Positions 46,933 to 60,057 are shown, numbered from the stretch's first letter. The stretch: 64,000 nt of DNA from Chiloscyllium plagiosum (GCF_004010195.1 NC_057720.1:3827938-3891937); one strand, 5' to 3'. Numbers and translations are program-made. The notes: a model not told the origin generated them from the sequence alone.

Positions 46933-47699
46933 TGTCATGACGTTGAAGGTGTGTACTGTGCCTTTGAGAGAGTGAATGCTGTTTTGCACTGAGAGCTTAC
47001 AAGTACCTGTCATATGACTGACCAGCAGTCCCAGGGAGTACTGGAAAGTAGAAAATATGTTAACATTTTGGTTGTGAAATAGATACCTGAGTTGGTTGCT
47101 GTTTTGACAAGAATTTGAATTTAGCCAATCAGTCAGTTTAAATTGTGCCCCAGCATACTAAAACTCAATCGAGTTTGAATTTATTGTTTTGCCAACATTG
47201 AATCAATGAGATGATCTGATGTTGGGGGGATAAAGGAGGCAGGCAGTTTGAAAGTCAGAGACCACCTGCCATCGAGAGTGAGAGTGAATGACATTCAAAA
47301 TACTCTCTGTCAAAAGTACCTTTTTTTATTTGAAACATCTTTACAGCAAAAGACTGAAACTGCCCCTGGGAGATCTACAGTCAGAGGGAGACATACATCG
47401 ATGACAACAGCCACTGTGTGGTTTTGAAATTAAGTTGATGTAATTTTAGTAGGGGTTTTATGGGAGCAGTATACTGTTATAGAGTGGGAGGCAGATAACA
47501 AGCAGTTAAGAGAAAGGGGGCTTAGAGTTGTAAATAATTGTTGTTAAATTTCACTTTTAGAGTTAAAGAATAAATTGATATTATTTTCTTTTAAATAGTG
47601 GAATTTGGGTAGTTCTCTGTCACTCATTCTTTAATAGGCTTCAAGGCGAGGTGAGCTTTTCTGGGTGTTTGGTTTAATTAGCAGAAGGGTTTCGTAACA
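46933..47699 (+). mobile_element. Solo LTR related to the Gmr1-like LTR at 8396-9109
   Basis: TGTCATGA...GTAACA termini. Its start GTGTACTGTGCCTTTGAGAGAGTG parallels the reverse complement of 9070-9109. No clear TSD. Confidence 0.7.
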
Positions 47700-48295
47700 G
47701 GGCAGACACCACCACTTTCTCGAGGGGCAACTCGAGATTGGGCAATAAATACATAGCTAGTCAGCAAAGTTCACAACCCTAGACTCGATTTCTAAAAGAA
47801 CAATTCTATCCAGGTAATGAAAGATATAGCTGGAGTCTAATCTTCACAAATATTCAGGCAGGAGCACTACAAATAATCACTTCCAAACCCAACAGACACA
47901 TTATTACTAATGCTTGTGGATCCTAATTAATTCCTGCTAGCAGTAAAATGATTTGCTCAGTTAAGGTAATAACAGATGACCAGAGTTGACTTTCCTCTCT
48001 GAGCTTCCTCAATGTGCCTGCCCAACTTTGTCTGAAGTTGTTCCAGTTTTCAGCATTGCTCCAAACTTTGTTCTGTGCATTATTGCCCATCTTTGTAAGA
48101 ATTTTCTCAACTTGTCAACACTAGACATTTTAAAAAGTCAGGTTTTCTTGATTTACAGAAAGTTAAGTGACTCTCAGGGTTGACTTAAATGGAGGGGGAT
48201 ATGGTCTTGGAGAAGAATTGAAAATCTGCAAGGCAGGGTGAGCATACAACAGCATGAGCAAAGCAACACTTCATCCTCAGCGGGAGTCTTTTATG

Positions 48296-48552
48296 GATTA
48301 GATTCCCCACAGTATGGAAACAGGCCATTTTGGCCCAACAAGTCCACACCGACACCCAGACCCATTTCCCTCTGATTAATGCACCTAGCACTATGGGCAA
48401 TTTAGCATGGCCAATTCACCCTGACCTGCACATCTTTGCAACTGTGGGAGGAAACTAGAGGGGGGGGGGGGGGGAGAAGAGGGGGGGGTCGAACCCAGAT
48501 CCCTGGAACTGTGAGGCATTAGTGCTAACCACTGAGCCACCGTGCTGCTCCC
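48296..48552 (-). mobile_element. HE1-type V-SINE
   Basis: Reverse-complement SINE with a central G-rich patch. Confidence 0.75.
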
Positions 48553-49199
48553 TTCCTGTCCTTGATTCTACAGCTATCAAACTCCTGTGGTGGTGGCCTT
48601 TTTTCCCATTTCACCGCATGTGGGTGTCACTGTCGAAGCCAGCATTCATTCTGTCCCTAACTGCCCAGAGGCCAGTTGAAAGTCACTGATATTGATGGGT
48701 CTGAAGTCAAACTGCAGAGTTCCTGCTCCTCCTTCTTCTAAAGGACATTGGTGGAATCAGATGGATTTTCACAACCATTAGCCATCAAACTCCAGATTTT
48801 TATTTCATTTAACATTCACCATCTGCTGTGGTGGGATTTGAGTCCATGTCCCCAGAACATAAGCCTGGGATCCTGGATTACTAGCCCAGTGATCTTACCT
48901 GTATACCACTGGATCACCCCATCCTCTCTCCGCGTGAAGGACTCCAATGATTGTGATGGCAACAACAGGTCACCTCCAGGGCAGTCAATGTGAGCAGTGA
49001 ATTGTCGAAGGATCTGCCTGTTGTTGTTTCACCAGAAATTCTGGCCTTGCTATTGGACAGTCGTGTAATAATGTAGATTAAAAATGGTCCAGAGCTATGG
49101 ACATTGACATGGGATCAGGAATTTCTTTTTAGGGGGGAAAAACAATCATCTTTGAGCTTATTGATAGTAATGCGATTGCTACCTTTTTTTTGTTTATAG

Positions 49200-49373
49200 T
49201 TGGTTCTGTTTGGACTGAGCAATCAAATGGTTGTGCTCTTCAAGGAGGAGAACACCATCGCTTTTAAATATCTCTTTATTAAAAACTACGCAGATGCAAC
49301 TGATAATGACAATGACTTTGCAATCTACACACAGAGTGAAGTCTATGAGTATCTCTCGTTTATATTCAGTCAG
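49200..49373 (+). CDS. MCOLN3: MCOLN3 coding exon 2 (LVLFGLSNQMVVLFKEENTIAFKYLFIKNYADATDNDNDFAIYTQSEVYEYLSFIFSQ)
   Basis: 174 nt, acceptor tttatag and donor gtaagc, phase 0 to 0. Matches human LVLFGLSNQMVVAFKEENTIAFKHLF. Confidence 0.95.
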
Positions 49374-49769
49374 GTAAGCGAATCATTGCATTAGATCAAA
49401 CGGTCCTTCACACCATTTCATAGTGTACATGGCAAGAGGTTTGAATGTGAATGAATGCAATTCTATGCGACACGACTCGGTTTGCATTTCAAGACAATGG
49501 GTTACTTCATCAGATGTTATTTCTAAAAGACCTTTCTGGAAAAGGCAAGTTATCACATATGCCTTTTCAAACCCATCGAGACTGACCCAATGGGTTGATT
49601 AACAGAAGCAAGGGTTCAAGAGGGAGGTAAATACTGTCAGAAACAGCACTGTAGCTTTCTATGGAGCGTGCGTTTTAGTAGGTTGTGATATTCCCCCAAC
49701 TCGCGCTCTCAAGGCGTTCAATTCCAGTCTCCCTGCTATCGGAAGGATACTCTGAAACCTTTTCAGGTT

Positions 49770-50235
49770 TCACAAAAGATTTACAAGGATGTTGCCAGGG
49801 TTGGAGGATTTGAGCTAAAGGGAGAGGTTGAATAGACAGCAGATGTTTTCCCTGGAGCGACAGAGGCTGAGGGGTGACCTTATAGAGGTTTATCAAATCA
49901 TGAGGAGCAAAGGTAGGATGAATAGTCAAGGTCTTTCTTTCCCAGGGTAGTAGAGTTCAGAACTAAAGGGTATAGTTTTAGGGTGAGAGGGGAAATATAT
50001 TAAAGGAACCTAAGGGGCAACGTTTTCACATAGAGGGTGATGTGTGTATGGAATGAGCTGCTAGAGGAGGTGGTGGAGGCTGGTACAATTACAGCATTTA
50101 AAAGGCATCTGAATGGGTACATGAATGGAAAGAGTTTAGAGGGATATGGGCCAAATGCTGGCAAATGGGACTAGATTAGGTTAGGATATCTGGACAGCAT
50201 GGATGGGAGAGGTCTGTCTCTGTGCTGCTACATTC
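49770..50235 (+). mobile_element. CR1 LINE 3' end
   Basis: AGATTTACAAGGATGTTGCCAGGG through GGAATGAGCTG and tail. Same family as 22380-22830. Confidence 0.85.
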
Positions 50236-50850
50236 GTTGGGAGAAGGGATCTCATGACACTTGGTGAAGATGTGCAAAGAAGTTCTCTTGGGCCTTGGCC
50301 AAGAAGTACCCCTCTGCAAACATCGCCAGCAACAGTGATTTGAGCATTGAGCTCCTTGCTGTTTATGAGAACTTGCTGTGTGGAATTTACAAGCCATTTT
50401 TCCCTTTGATGATAACCACGACAAAGCTCTATTGTGTTTGCAGACCTTGGCACTCCCTGAGCTCATGCAAGGAATGACAAAAAAGCAATTCTTTATCTGT
50501 CTTGCTGCTGTCTGATTTGTGTGGGCTACCTTTCATAGTGACAAATCTGTCTTTATAGGTCTGTTTCTCTTTATATAAAAAAAAATATCTTTTTTATTTT
50601 AAAAGTTTCTGTTTAGAAGTTTTAAAATTCCCTTTCCTTAAAGATCTCCCTAATTCAATACATGCTAGCTTGAGGATGCATTTTCCAGGTGTATAACAGA
50701 GTGGAACATTGGACTTTGCTAACATGACCTTGTAATAATAGCTGCTACTGGAGAAACTCACTGTTTCTGAGTGACCTACAACACACGTTTTTGTCCTTCT
50801 CAATTGTTGCAAATTAGTATTGAGCCACCCCCCCGGCTGAGTAATTTTTG

Positions 50851-51161
50851 ATTTAGATTAGATCCCTACAGTATGGAAACAAGACCTTTGGCCAACAAGT
50901 TCACGACGGCCCTCCAAAGAGTAACCCACCCAGACCCATTTCCCTCTGACTAATGCACCTAACGCTATGAGCAATTTAGCATGGTCAATTCACCTAACCT
51001 GCACATCTTCGGACTGTGGGAGGAAACCTGAGCAGCTGGAGGAAACCCACGCAGACACTGGGAGAATGTGCAAACTCCACACAGACAGTTGCACGAGGCT
51101 GGAATTGAACCTGGGACCCTGGTGTTGTGAGGCAGCAGTACTAGCCACTGAGCCACTGTGC
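50851..51161 (-). mobile_element. HE1-type V-SINE
   Basis: Reverse-complement SINE consensus motifs. Confidence 0.85.
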
Positions 51162-51680
51162 TTAAGTTCTAATATTGCATAATAGCAGTGTGGTTGTCTT
51201 CTGAATTGTGATTTTCAGAGAATGACCTGTATTTCTGGGTAATATTTCCCCTCCTACCGGAGACCAATCAAAAGAATTTTTGAAGTTGTTGATCACCTTG
51301 GATTTTTGAGATGGTTCCAAAAAGGGAGTGAGTTTGACTGAAAGGCCAATCCCTAATATCCTGGCATTGAGCTGCCTGATCAATCCCTGGTGTGTAGGAA
51401 CACCCACAGTGCTGCTAGGGAGGGAGGTCCAGGATTTTATCCAGAATATGTAATTCCAGTCTAATACAGAAAATTAAATAAAGAGGAAATGTAACATTTA
51501 GATTCAGAAATAAAAAAAACAGAAGAAAAAGTCATTTTAGATAAAAATCCACCAGTTAAACTCTATGGAATTACATTCCACAGTAGTAATAATTTTCAGT
51601 GAGGCAGAGTTTATTCATGAGTTATAACCATTTTAGGCTGAGATAGATAATCCCTAACATTCTGAAGCGAGTTTGATATT

Positions 51681-51970
51681 AGAATCATGGAATCCTTACT
51701 ATGTGGAAAGAGGCCATTTGGCCCATTGTGTCTGCACTGACCCTCCTAAGAGCATACCACCCAATCCCTGTAACCCTTCATTTCCCATGGCGAATCCACT
51801 TAGCCTGCACATCCCTGGACATTATAGGGAAACTCTAGATTCTTTGGACTGTTGGAGGAAACCCATGCAGACACGGGGAGAATGTGCAAACTCCATATAC
51901 AGTCACCCGAGGCTGGAATTGAACCGGGGTCCTTGGTGCTGTGAGGCTGCAGTGCTAGCCACTGTGCTGC
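51681..51970 (-). mobile_element. HE1-type V-SINE
   Basis: Reverse-complement SINE consensus motifs. Confidence 0.8.
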
Positions 51971-53751
51971 TCTTCAGCATTTTTGAAAGCTCCTAATGGA
52001 GCAGTGCAACGTTTCATGCCTGACCTCCTGTCTACTTACTCAGAAGGTGTTGTCCAATTTTGTATACTGAGAGCGGAGAGTGGTGTTGACCCTAGTGCAA
52101 GTTTGACAACCTTGATTTTCTTTTCTCTTTCTATAATGAAGAGGCTGAGTACAGGGATAGTGACATCTTGCTTCATTTGTATCGGGGCTTGGTTAGACTA
52201 CACCGAGAGGACTGTTGCAGGTTTGTTCTCCTTATCTCAGGGAAGGTATTATTGCTGCAATGATGGTTCATCAGACTGGCTTCCAGATGACAGGACTGTC
52301 CTATGGAGAGACATGAGGCAAACTGGACCTGTATTCTCCAGAATCTCAGACAGTGAGAGATGATCTCACTGAAGCTTCCAAAATACCTAAAAGGATAGAG
52401 AGGTGGGTGCTAGGAAAATGTTTCCCCTGGTTGAGGAGTGTAGAGCCACTGGATGCCATTTAAGGGGATATCTCTAGGTCAGGGATGAGGAGGAATTGTT
52501 TAACTCCAAGGGTTGTGAGTCTTTGGAATTCTACCCCAGAGGATAGTGGAGTATCTCTGAGCATGCTGAAGGTAGAGATTGATGGGTTTCTGATTACCAA
52601 TAGTGTACAGAGGATGGAATAGGTAAACCACATTGTAGTGTTTGATCAGCCATGATTGCATTGTTGGGCTGAATGGCCTGCAGCTGTTCCTATGTTCTTC
52701 AATGATGCCACGTTGTCTGCACATCCCCAACAATCAGTCTTTAGTTTGGTTGATTCTTTGGACCTGGGGTCTGTCTTTGTCCTTTGGACTTTAGAGCGAT
52801 TTATTTCATAGAACAGTACACCACAGGAAGAGGCCCTTTGACCCATGATGTTGTGCTGAACATGACACCAAGTTAAATTAATCCCTTCTGCCTGTCAATA
52901 TCCCTTCATTCCTTGCATGTACTTATGTAAAAGCTCCTTAAATTTTATTGTCTTTGTGTGTAGTTTTCCTGCTTCTCTGACAGAGAATTGGCAAGAGCAA
53001 CTTTTAAAGAGAAGTTGTGGGTGGGGGGGGGGGGGGGGGTAGAGAGCAATATTGATGCAGCCAACTTCAGGGACTGTCCTTCACAGGATCAGAGTTAAAC
53101 TGCAGTCAGACCAATCAGACGGCAGTTACTATGCTGAGCCCTTCTGAACCTAGGATAAATGGTGTCAATTTGCTGAGAGTCAAGTTCCTCAAAAAGTAAC
53201 ATTTTAGTAAATGCGTCGTTTAGTTTCACTTGTTTCTCTAAGTTGGAAACAACTGTTTGCACATTCTCCCTTTTTGACAGGAGTGTTTTTGTCATTTTTC
53301 AAACCACAGTTCAAAAATACAATGATTTGGTGTCTGCCACGTCTGACTGGTTTGGTAGTACCATCAGCTGAGATTGACTTTGTTACAATCTTCCTTTCCA
53401 TTTTGCTTGCCATGTGGGTATCACTGGAAAAGGCAGCACTTGATGCTCATCCTTCATTTTCAATGGGTCACTGGGGCAGTTTCAGGGGGCAATTCAGAGA
53501 TAACCACATGGCTGTTGGTCTGGAGTCACGTGTAGGCCAGAACCAGCTGGGATGGCTGACTTCTTTCCTGGAAGGACATTAGGTTTACAAGGTGAGGTTT
53601 TCATGACCATCAACTTCTGTTGGATTGGACCAGCTTTTAATTCTAGATTTTTAAAAATTGAATTCAAATTTCATATCTGCTGTGGTGGGATTCAAACCTA
53701 TGCTTCCAGAATATTAGCCTGGGATTCTGAATTACTATCTAGCAATCAAAC

Positions 53752-53970
53752 CATTACTCCATCCTCTATTAGTCACTCCGTCAGCCTACATTTGAGGGGG
53801 AAGAGAGTCCTGGCTGCTTCAGCCTTTCCATTAGAGTAACTACCCACCACAGGCAGTTTGTTGTCATTTTATATATATATATATACTCTAATGGAAAGGC
53901 TGAAGCAGCCAGGACTCCCTTCCCCCTCAAATGTAGGCTGACAGAGTGACTAATAAAGGATGGAGTGATG
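53752..53970. repeat. 87-bp near-perfect inverted repeat with 45-nt spacer
   Basis: Arms 53752-53838 and 53884-53970 have 4 mismatches by manual comparison. The right arm is flanked by TA runs on both sides. Confidence 0.92.
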
Positions 53971-54213
53971 TATATAAATATACATTAAAAAAATGCAATG
54001 TTTTTTGCTCAATCTCTAATCTCTGCAGATCCGAATTCTGACACTATGCCAAGTGTAGCATCAGCACAATTATCCAAAAGGCTTTCTGAACATTAAAGAG
54101 AAACTTAAACCTTGGTCAAAGGAAATGGAGGTTTGTTATAGTTTGGGAAAAACTCAGTGACATCCCATTCCTCGAGACAATTTGAACTTGATTTCTCATC
54201 ACAGCTCATCCAG

Positions 54214-54515
54214 GTTGGCACGGAGGCTCAGTGGTTAGCACTGCTGCCTCACAGCACCAGAGACCCAGGTTCAATTCTCCCAGTGTCTGTGTGGGTTTCC
54301 TCCAGGTGCTCAGGCTTCCTATTTCAGTCAAAAGATGTGCAGGTTAGGGTGGATTGGCCATTCTAGTTTCCCATAGTATCTAGTGATGTGCAAATTAGGT
54401 GGATTAGCATTAGGAAATGCAGGGATAGGGTATGGTGGGGGTCTGGGTTGGGATGCTCTTTTTGGAGGGTCAGTGTGGACTGGATGGGCTTGCTTCCACA
54501 TTATTGGGATTCTAT
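54214..54515 (+). mobile_element. HE1-type V-SINE
   Basis: GGCTCAGTGGTTAGCACTGCTGCCTCACAGCACCAGAGACCCAGGTTCAATTC head. Confidence 0.8.
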
Positions 54516-54618
54516 TGTCACGTAGTGAGAATCTGCATCTCTAGCATTTAGCATCACTATTTCCTCTGCTGTAAACATTAGTTTCTGTCTCAAACAAATG
54601 GTATCTTTTCTTTTCTAG

Positions 54619-54772
54619 TATGTGCAACTACATAAGATCTCAGTTGGCAATCATGCCTATGAGAGGAGAGGGACAGATTTAACACCACTGACCGTCTGTC
54701 AGTATTTTTATAAGTGGGGCAGTGTCAGTTCTGGCAATGAGTCCTTCAACATTGACCCAAAGATTGAGACAG
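54619..54772 (+). CDS. MCOLN3: MCOLN3 coding exon 3 (YVQLHKISVGNHAYERRGTDLTPLTVCQYFYKWGSVSSGNESFNIDPKIET)
   Basis: 154 nt, acceptor ttttctag and donor gtaggt, phase 0 to 1. SVGNHAY and IDP.IET motifs. Confidence 0.95.
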
Positions 54773-55469
54773 GTAGGTGTGTCAGAGTTTCAATCAGATG
54801 CTGCCAATGTGTTTGATATGTCTGATGGTTGGGAATACTTTCAAGCCCTTGTGTCTCGAATGAGAGTTCTTGGTTATAAGTCCAGTGACATTACTCCTGT
54901 CTCCCCTGTCTTTACAATGTGGGGTGTCAAGAAGAGATTTTTTTAAAAAACACAATTATAATAATACATGCATTCCCGCGGAGACTGGTCCAAAAGGGTA
55001 ATTTTAAACAAAAATGTGGAAATTCCTTTAGGATATAACAAAGAACAGTGGATGCTGGTGATTCTGAAACAAACAAACAGCAATTATTTGAGAAACTCAG
55101 CAGGTCTGGCAGTGGAGAGAAAACAGAGTTAACACTTTGAGTCTCATGACCTTCTGTCGAGGAACTTGAGACATTAACTCTTTTCTCTCCCCACAGACAG
55201 AGTTTGTCCAGCAATATCTACTTTGTTTTTATCACTGAAATTAGGCTTCGGGCCTCATTGATTCAGTGTAAGGAAGACTGCCTCCACAGGCAACTTGCCC
55301 ATATTGAAGTCATAAATGTCATGTTAGAAGTGACTCAAAGGTTCATTTCAAGATGAGGAATGGGGACTTGAGAGTTGCAAAATCATACCCAGTCCACGGG
55401 ACCTGCTTCTGAACTTGTTCTTTTGGTCAATGTCACGCCATAATTACGTATTATCTATCTAAAGCATCC

Positions 55470-55923
55470 ATGATGTGGAGCAGCCGGTGTTGGGCTGCGG
55501 TGGACAAGTTAAAATCACCACACCAGGCTATAGTCCAACAGGTTAAAATCACACCACACAAGGCTATAGTCCAACAGGTTAAACTCTCACCACACCAGGC
55601 TGTAGTCCAACAGATTAAACTCGCACCACACCAGGCTATAGTCCAACAGGTTTATTTAGAAATACTTTGGTAACTGTGGAGCAGGATCATAAGACACCAG
55701 AATTTATAGCAAGAGATTAGTGTTGTGCAACTGAAATGATATGATATATTGAACAATCCTAGACTGTTATTAAGTCTTCCATCTTTCAAAATGGTCATTT
55801 ACTATAAATTCTGTCTAATAGTCCTACTCCACAGCTACCTGATGAAGGAGCAGCGCTCTGAAAGCTAGTGCTTACAAATAAACCTGTTGGACTATAACCT
55901 GGTATTGTGTGATTTTTAACTTT
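55470..55923. mobile_element. Penelope-like element remnant with inverted termini and internal tandem repeat
   Basis: The left end is the reverse complement of the right end (AAACCTGTTGGACTATAACCTGG). Hammerhead-like CCTGATGAAGGAGCAGCGCTCTGAAAGC near 55839. Confidence 0.6.
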
Positions 55924-56357
55924 AAGGTAAGGTGGAGATTTTGGGGATAGACTCCACCCAGCGATATGACCCTTGCAATCCTGCTCTTAGCAACACCAAT
56001 ATCGGAATTGATATTCTTCACCTGTACTTTGACCCCAAACTAGAGCCTCGTCGATAGCCTGTCTTTATTCTGTGATCTACTCCTTTTCTGAAATGGAACT
56101 CCACGTGAGTTAGTTAAATTGGAAGATTGTTCTTGTTAAGAGCAGGGTAAGAATATCTCCATCTTCCTGCCTGCTCCACATTCAGTAAGATTGTGCTTCG
56201 GAACCTATCCATCTCCGTCACTAATTTATAGAATGATTGTGTGTTCCCCGTTCTCTACAGTCCAGAATTCTGAAAAGTTTATTTTTTTTTTTAGATGAAG
56301 GAATTCCTCCTTATCTCAGTCCTCTGTGACATACCCTTATTCTGGGGCCATAAAAAT

Positions 56358-56673
56358 CACAGAATCCCAACAGTGCGGAAAGAGGCCATTCAGCACATTT
56401 GGTCTGCAACAAGCCTCTGAAGAGCATCCCACCCAGACCCAGCCCCTTACCCTATCCCCATGATTACCAAACCTAATCCCCTTAGCCTGCACATCCCTGG
56501 ATGCAATGGGCAATCCACCTAACCTGCATATCGTGGGACTGTGGGAGGAAACCCTCACAGACACAAGGAGAATGTCTGTGTGGAGTCTGCACAGTCACCC
56601 GAGGTTGGAATCTGACCCAGGTCCCTAGAGCAGTGAGGCAGCAGTGCTAACCACTGAGTCACTGTGTCACCCT
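56358..56673 (-). mobile_element. HE1-type V-SINE
   Basis: Reverse-complement SINE consensus motifs. Confidence 0.78.
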
Positions 56674-58038
56674 CCGCAATAGGGCTAGAGGCTGCAGATG
56701 GGGGAAATTGCTTCTTGGCATGTTTAAGTGGAAGAATTGTTAATTAGAGCTGTTAAACTTTTATTTCTTCACTTGGTCAAATCTAGGTTCAGTTCCCAGT
56801 CTATAGTTTATCCCCCTCAGCAATAAGGAACAAATGTAGGCCATTTGGCCCCCTCAAGCCTGCTTCATCGTTTGATAAGATCATGGCTGATCTGTTTATG
56901 TCTGGAGTTCCATATATCCATCTTTCCCTGATGACATTTGATTCCTTTGTCTAACAAGAATCTATTGGTGTCCACCTTCAAAAAGTCCTGAGGCAGAGAG
57001 TTCCAAAGTCATGCAACCCGCAGAGAGAAAACATTTCTCCTAAGCTGTGCTTAAAAGATGGCCCATAAAGTTTAAACAGTGTCCCCTAGTCTTGCACTGA
57101 CCCACAAGAGGAACTGACTTTCCCACATCCCCCTGGTCAAGGTTGTTAAGGATCTGATACACTTCAATCAGGTTCCCCCTCACTCTCCTAAAGCCCAGTG
57201 GAAACATACTTGGTCTGTCCAACCTTTCCTCATCAGACAACTCACTCACTCCTGGTGACTCTACAGTAAAGTAAATCAAAAAAAAAGATTCTTGAAATCT
57301 GAAACAAAAGCAGAGGGTGCTGGAGAAACTCAGCAGGTCAGCAGCATCTGTGGAAAGAGTTGCATTTCAAGTCCAGAAGAATCATATTGACTCAACATTA
57401 ATTCTCTTTCTCTGTCCATAGACGCTGCCAGACCTGCTGAGTTTCTCCAGCAATTTGTCTTTATATCAATTTATTAACCTTCTGAATCACTCCATTACAT
57501 TTACACCTTTAAGTTATGGAGAATAAAACTGTTCACTACATTTGAGATGTGTATGACGTGACATCCTCATGGCTGTTACAATTGAAGTTCAATCTGCCTA
57601 CAGGCTTTTTATCCACTTGTCAAAAAGCAGAGAATGTTTTCCTTCCATCGGTTACCATCTCCTGTCCTGGTCCATTACTTAAAAATTGAAACAACTGCAG
57701 ATGCTGTAAATCAGAAACAAAAATGCTCAACAGGTCTGGCAGCATCTGTGGAGAGAAATCAGAGTTAATGTTTCATGTCCAGTGACTCTGCTTTCTCTCC
57801 ACAGATGCTGCCAGACCTGCTGAGCTTTTCCAGCAATTTGTTTTTATTTCTGACCAACTATTTCTTTGTCAACCAGCATAAAGTAAGAAAGACGTAACTA
57901 GTAGGGGAGTAAAATATCATTCCTTTGGGTTGTGAGATGTAATGAAGTCAATCCTTCATCAGTCGGTTTTCAAATGTTCATTTAATGTCAAAGCCTGACT
58001 GACTATGAAGGCTGCAGTAACCCCCCTCTATCCCATAG

Positions 58039-58123
58039 AATGCTTTGACATGGAGCCAGTGTTACCTATGTCCAGTGGACACACAACAGACAATAAGCTG
58101 AACATGACGTTGCATTTTCACAG
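58039..58123 (+). CDS. MCOLN3: MCOLN3 coding exon 4 (E-CFDMEPVLPMSSGHTTDNKLNMTLHFH-R)
   Basis: 85 nt, acceptor cccatag and donor gtgaac, phase 1 to 2. Resembles human ECFFVEP...ENKLNLTLDFHR. Confidence 0.92.
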
Positions 58124-58221
58124 GTGAACTACTTTACTTCTGACTTTTTGAATGAACATGTCTCTGTAATTTTTTAAACTCTGGAGGAACTTATCTTTTT
58201 AAATTTTCCTTTGTGTGATAG

Positions 58222-58318
58222 GCTGGTGATGGTTCAGGTTCATTTCACACTGAAGGCGATTAATCTACAAACAATCCGTCATCACGAGTTGCCAGACTGT
58301 TATGATTTTTCAGTTACA
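58222..58318 (+). CDS. MCOLN3: MCOLN3 coding exon 5 (LVMVQVHFTLKAINLQTIRHHELPDCYDFSVT)
   Basis: 97 nt, acceptor gtgatag and donor gtaagt, phase 2 to 0, after a 98-nt intron. LKAINLQT and ELPDCYDF motifs. Confidence 0.95.
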
Positions 58319-59957
58319 GTAAGTGGCTTGTCCTTTTACTCTGTGTTATAAACTAAAACAAAGAACTACAACTGCTGGAAATCTGAAACAAAAGCAGAAA
58401 CTGCTGGAGAAACTCAGCAGGTCTGGTGGCATCTGTGGAGAGACAAACCATTAATGTTTTGAGTCCAGTGACTCCTGTTCATCTCCTCATTTATCTGTAT
58501 TCTTGAGTGAAGTGGAAATTGTCCTTTAAAAGCCAGGAGTCATGTTGAGTTTAAACAATACAAAACTGAACTGAGTTTCCCCCTTTAACTTTTACTGATG
58601 GGTCTAGGGCAATTCTTGGGTTTGAGTCAAGAATTTGACCATTTGCTGAGGTCAAAGTCCTATTACAGGTCTCTCTCAACCTGTAAATCTAGATTTGAAC
58701 TCCCATCGAGAGAATGCATGTCAGTTTAATGTGAAGGCTTGTTTCCACAGAAATGATTACACTAGTGAATGTCTTTGGCAGGGTGATTTCCCCAGCCCAG
58801 CTCTGAATAAGATGATACTTTTAATGTTAACAATACATCACATGATCTAGAAGCAGAATTCGGATATTCGGCCCATCAGATCTCCTCCACCAGTCAATCA
58901 TAGCTGACATGTTTCTCATCCCTCATTCTCCTGCCTTTCTCTGTAACCCTCGATCCCCTTACTAATCAGAAGCCTATCAATCTTTGCCTCAATGACTTGG
59001 CCCCCACAGCCCTCTGCGGCAATGACTTCCACCGATTAACCACCCTCCAGCTGAAGAAATTCCTCCTCATCTCCATTCTAAAGGGTCCTCCCTTCACTGA
59101 GGTTGTGCCCTTTGGTCCTGGTCTGGTCTCTCCTAGTAGTGGAAATCTTCTCCACATCCACTGTATCCAGGCCGTTCAGTATTCTGTAAGTTTCAATGAG
59201 ATTCTAAACTCCATTGAGGACAGTCCCAGAGTCCTCAACTGCTCTTCATGTGACAAGCCCATCATCCCTGGGATCATTCTTGTTAATCTTTACTGGACAC
59301 CGCCCCCCCCCCCCCCCCCCCACCCCCCCTCCACAAGGTCAGCACATCCTTCCTTCGATACGGGGCCCAAAATGCTCTCAGTATTCCAAATGCGATCTGA
59401 CTAGCGATTTATACAGCCTCAGCAATACATCTTTGCTCTTGTATTCTGATATATGCATCACTGGCTGGGCAAATATTTTATTGCCGCCTTGAACTGTTAC
59501 AGGTTGACCATGTCCTTGGGAGAGGGATACAGGATTTTGTCCCAGTAACACTGAAGAAATGGTGATGTATTTCCAAGTCATGATCCTTGGGTTAAACCTC
59601 CACCAGTCATGTGTCTCTGATGAAAGAGTAGTCCTGTGCTCATGTGGATCTGTACGTTGACTTTACCATTCCTAATATTACAGACTCCATCTCTAACAAT
59701 ACCAGGCAGACCACGCATAAAGCCTTCGGGTGTCAAATAGCCTTCATTGTCTGAAAAGCTTCAATTTCATTGTAAGACACGTGGCTTTTATCAGATTTGG
59801 CGATGTATCTGGGAGTGCCTGGCGTGAGGGACATTGTATGGAGGGAGCCTATAATTTAATGATCTACACAATAGCAAAGCAATACAGGGACCATTAATTA
59901 ATCTATCTAGAGGAGCACTGGCCTAATCATTCAAACTTTGTTCTTTTTATCTTGTAG

Positions 59958-60057
59958 ATTACTTTTGACAATAAAGCACACAGTGGAAGAATCCAAATTA
60001 ACTTGGACAATGATGTTTCCATTCGGGAGTGTAAACGCTGGCATGTAACTGGGGGCA
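59958..60057 (+). CDS. MCOLN3: MCOLN3 coding exon 6 (ITFDNKAHSGRIQINLDNDVSIRECKRWHVTGG)
   Basis: 100 nt, acceptor cttgtag and donor gtatgt, phase 0 to 1. ITFDNKAHSGRI is a mucolipin hallmark. The gene continues beyond the window. Confidence 0.95.
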
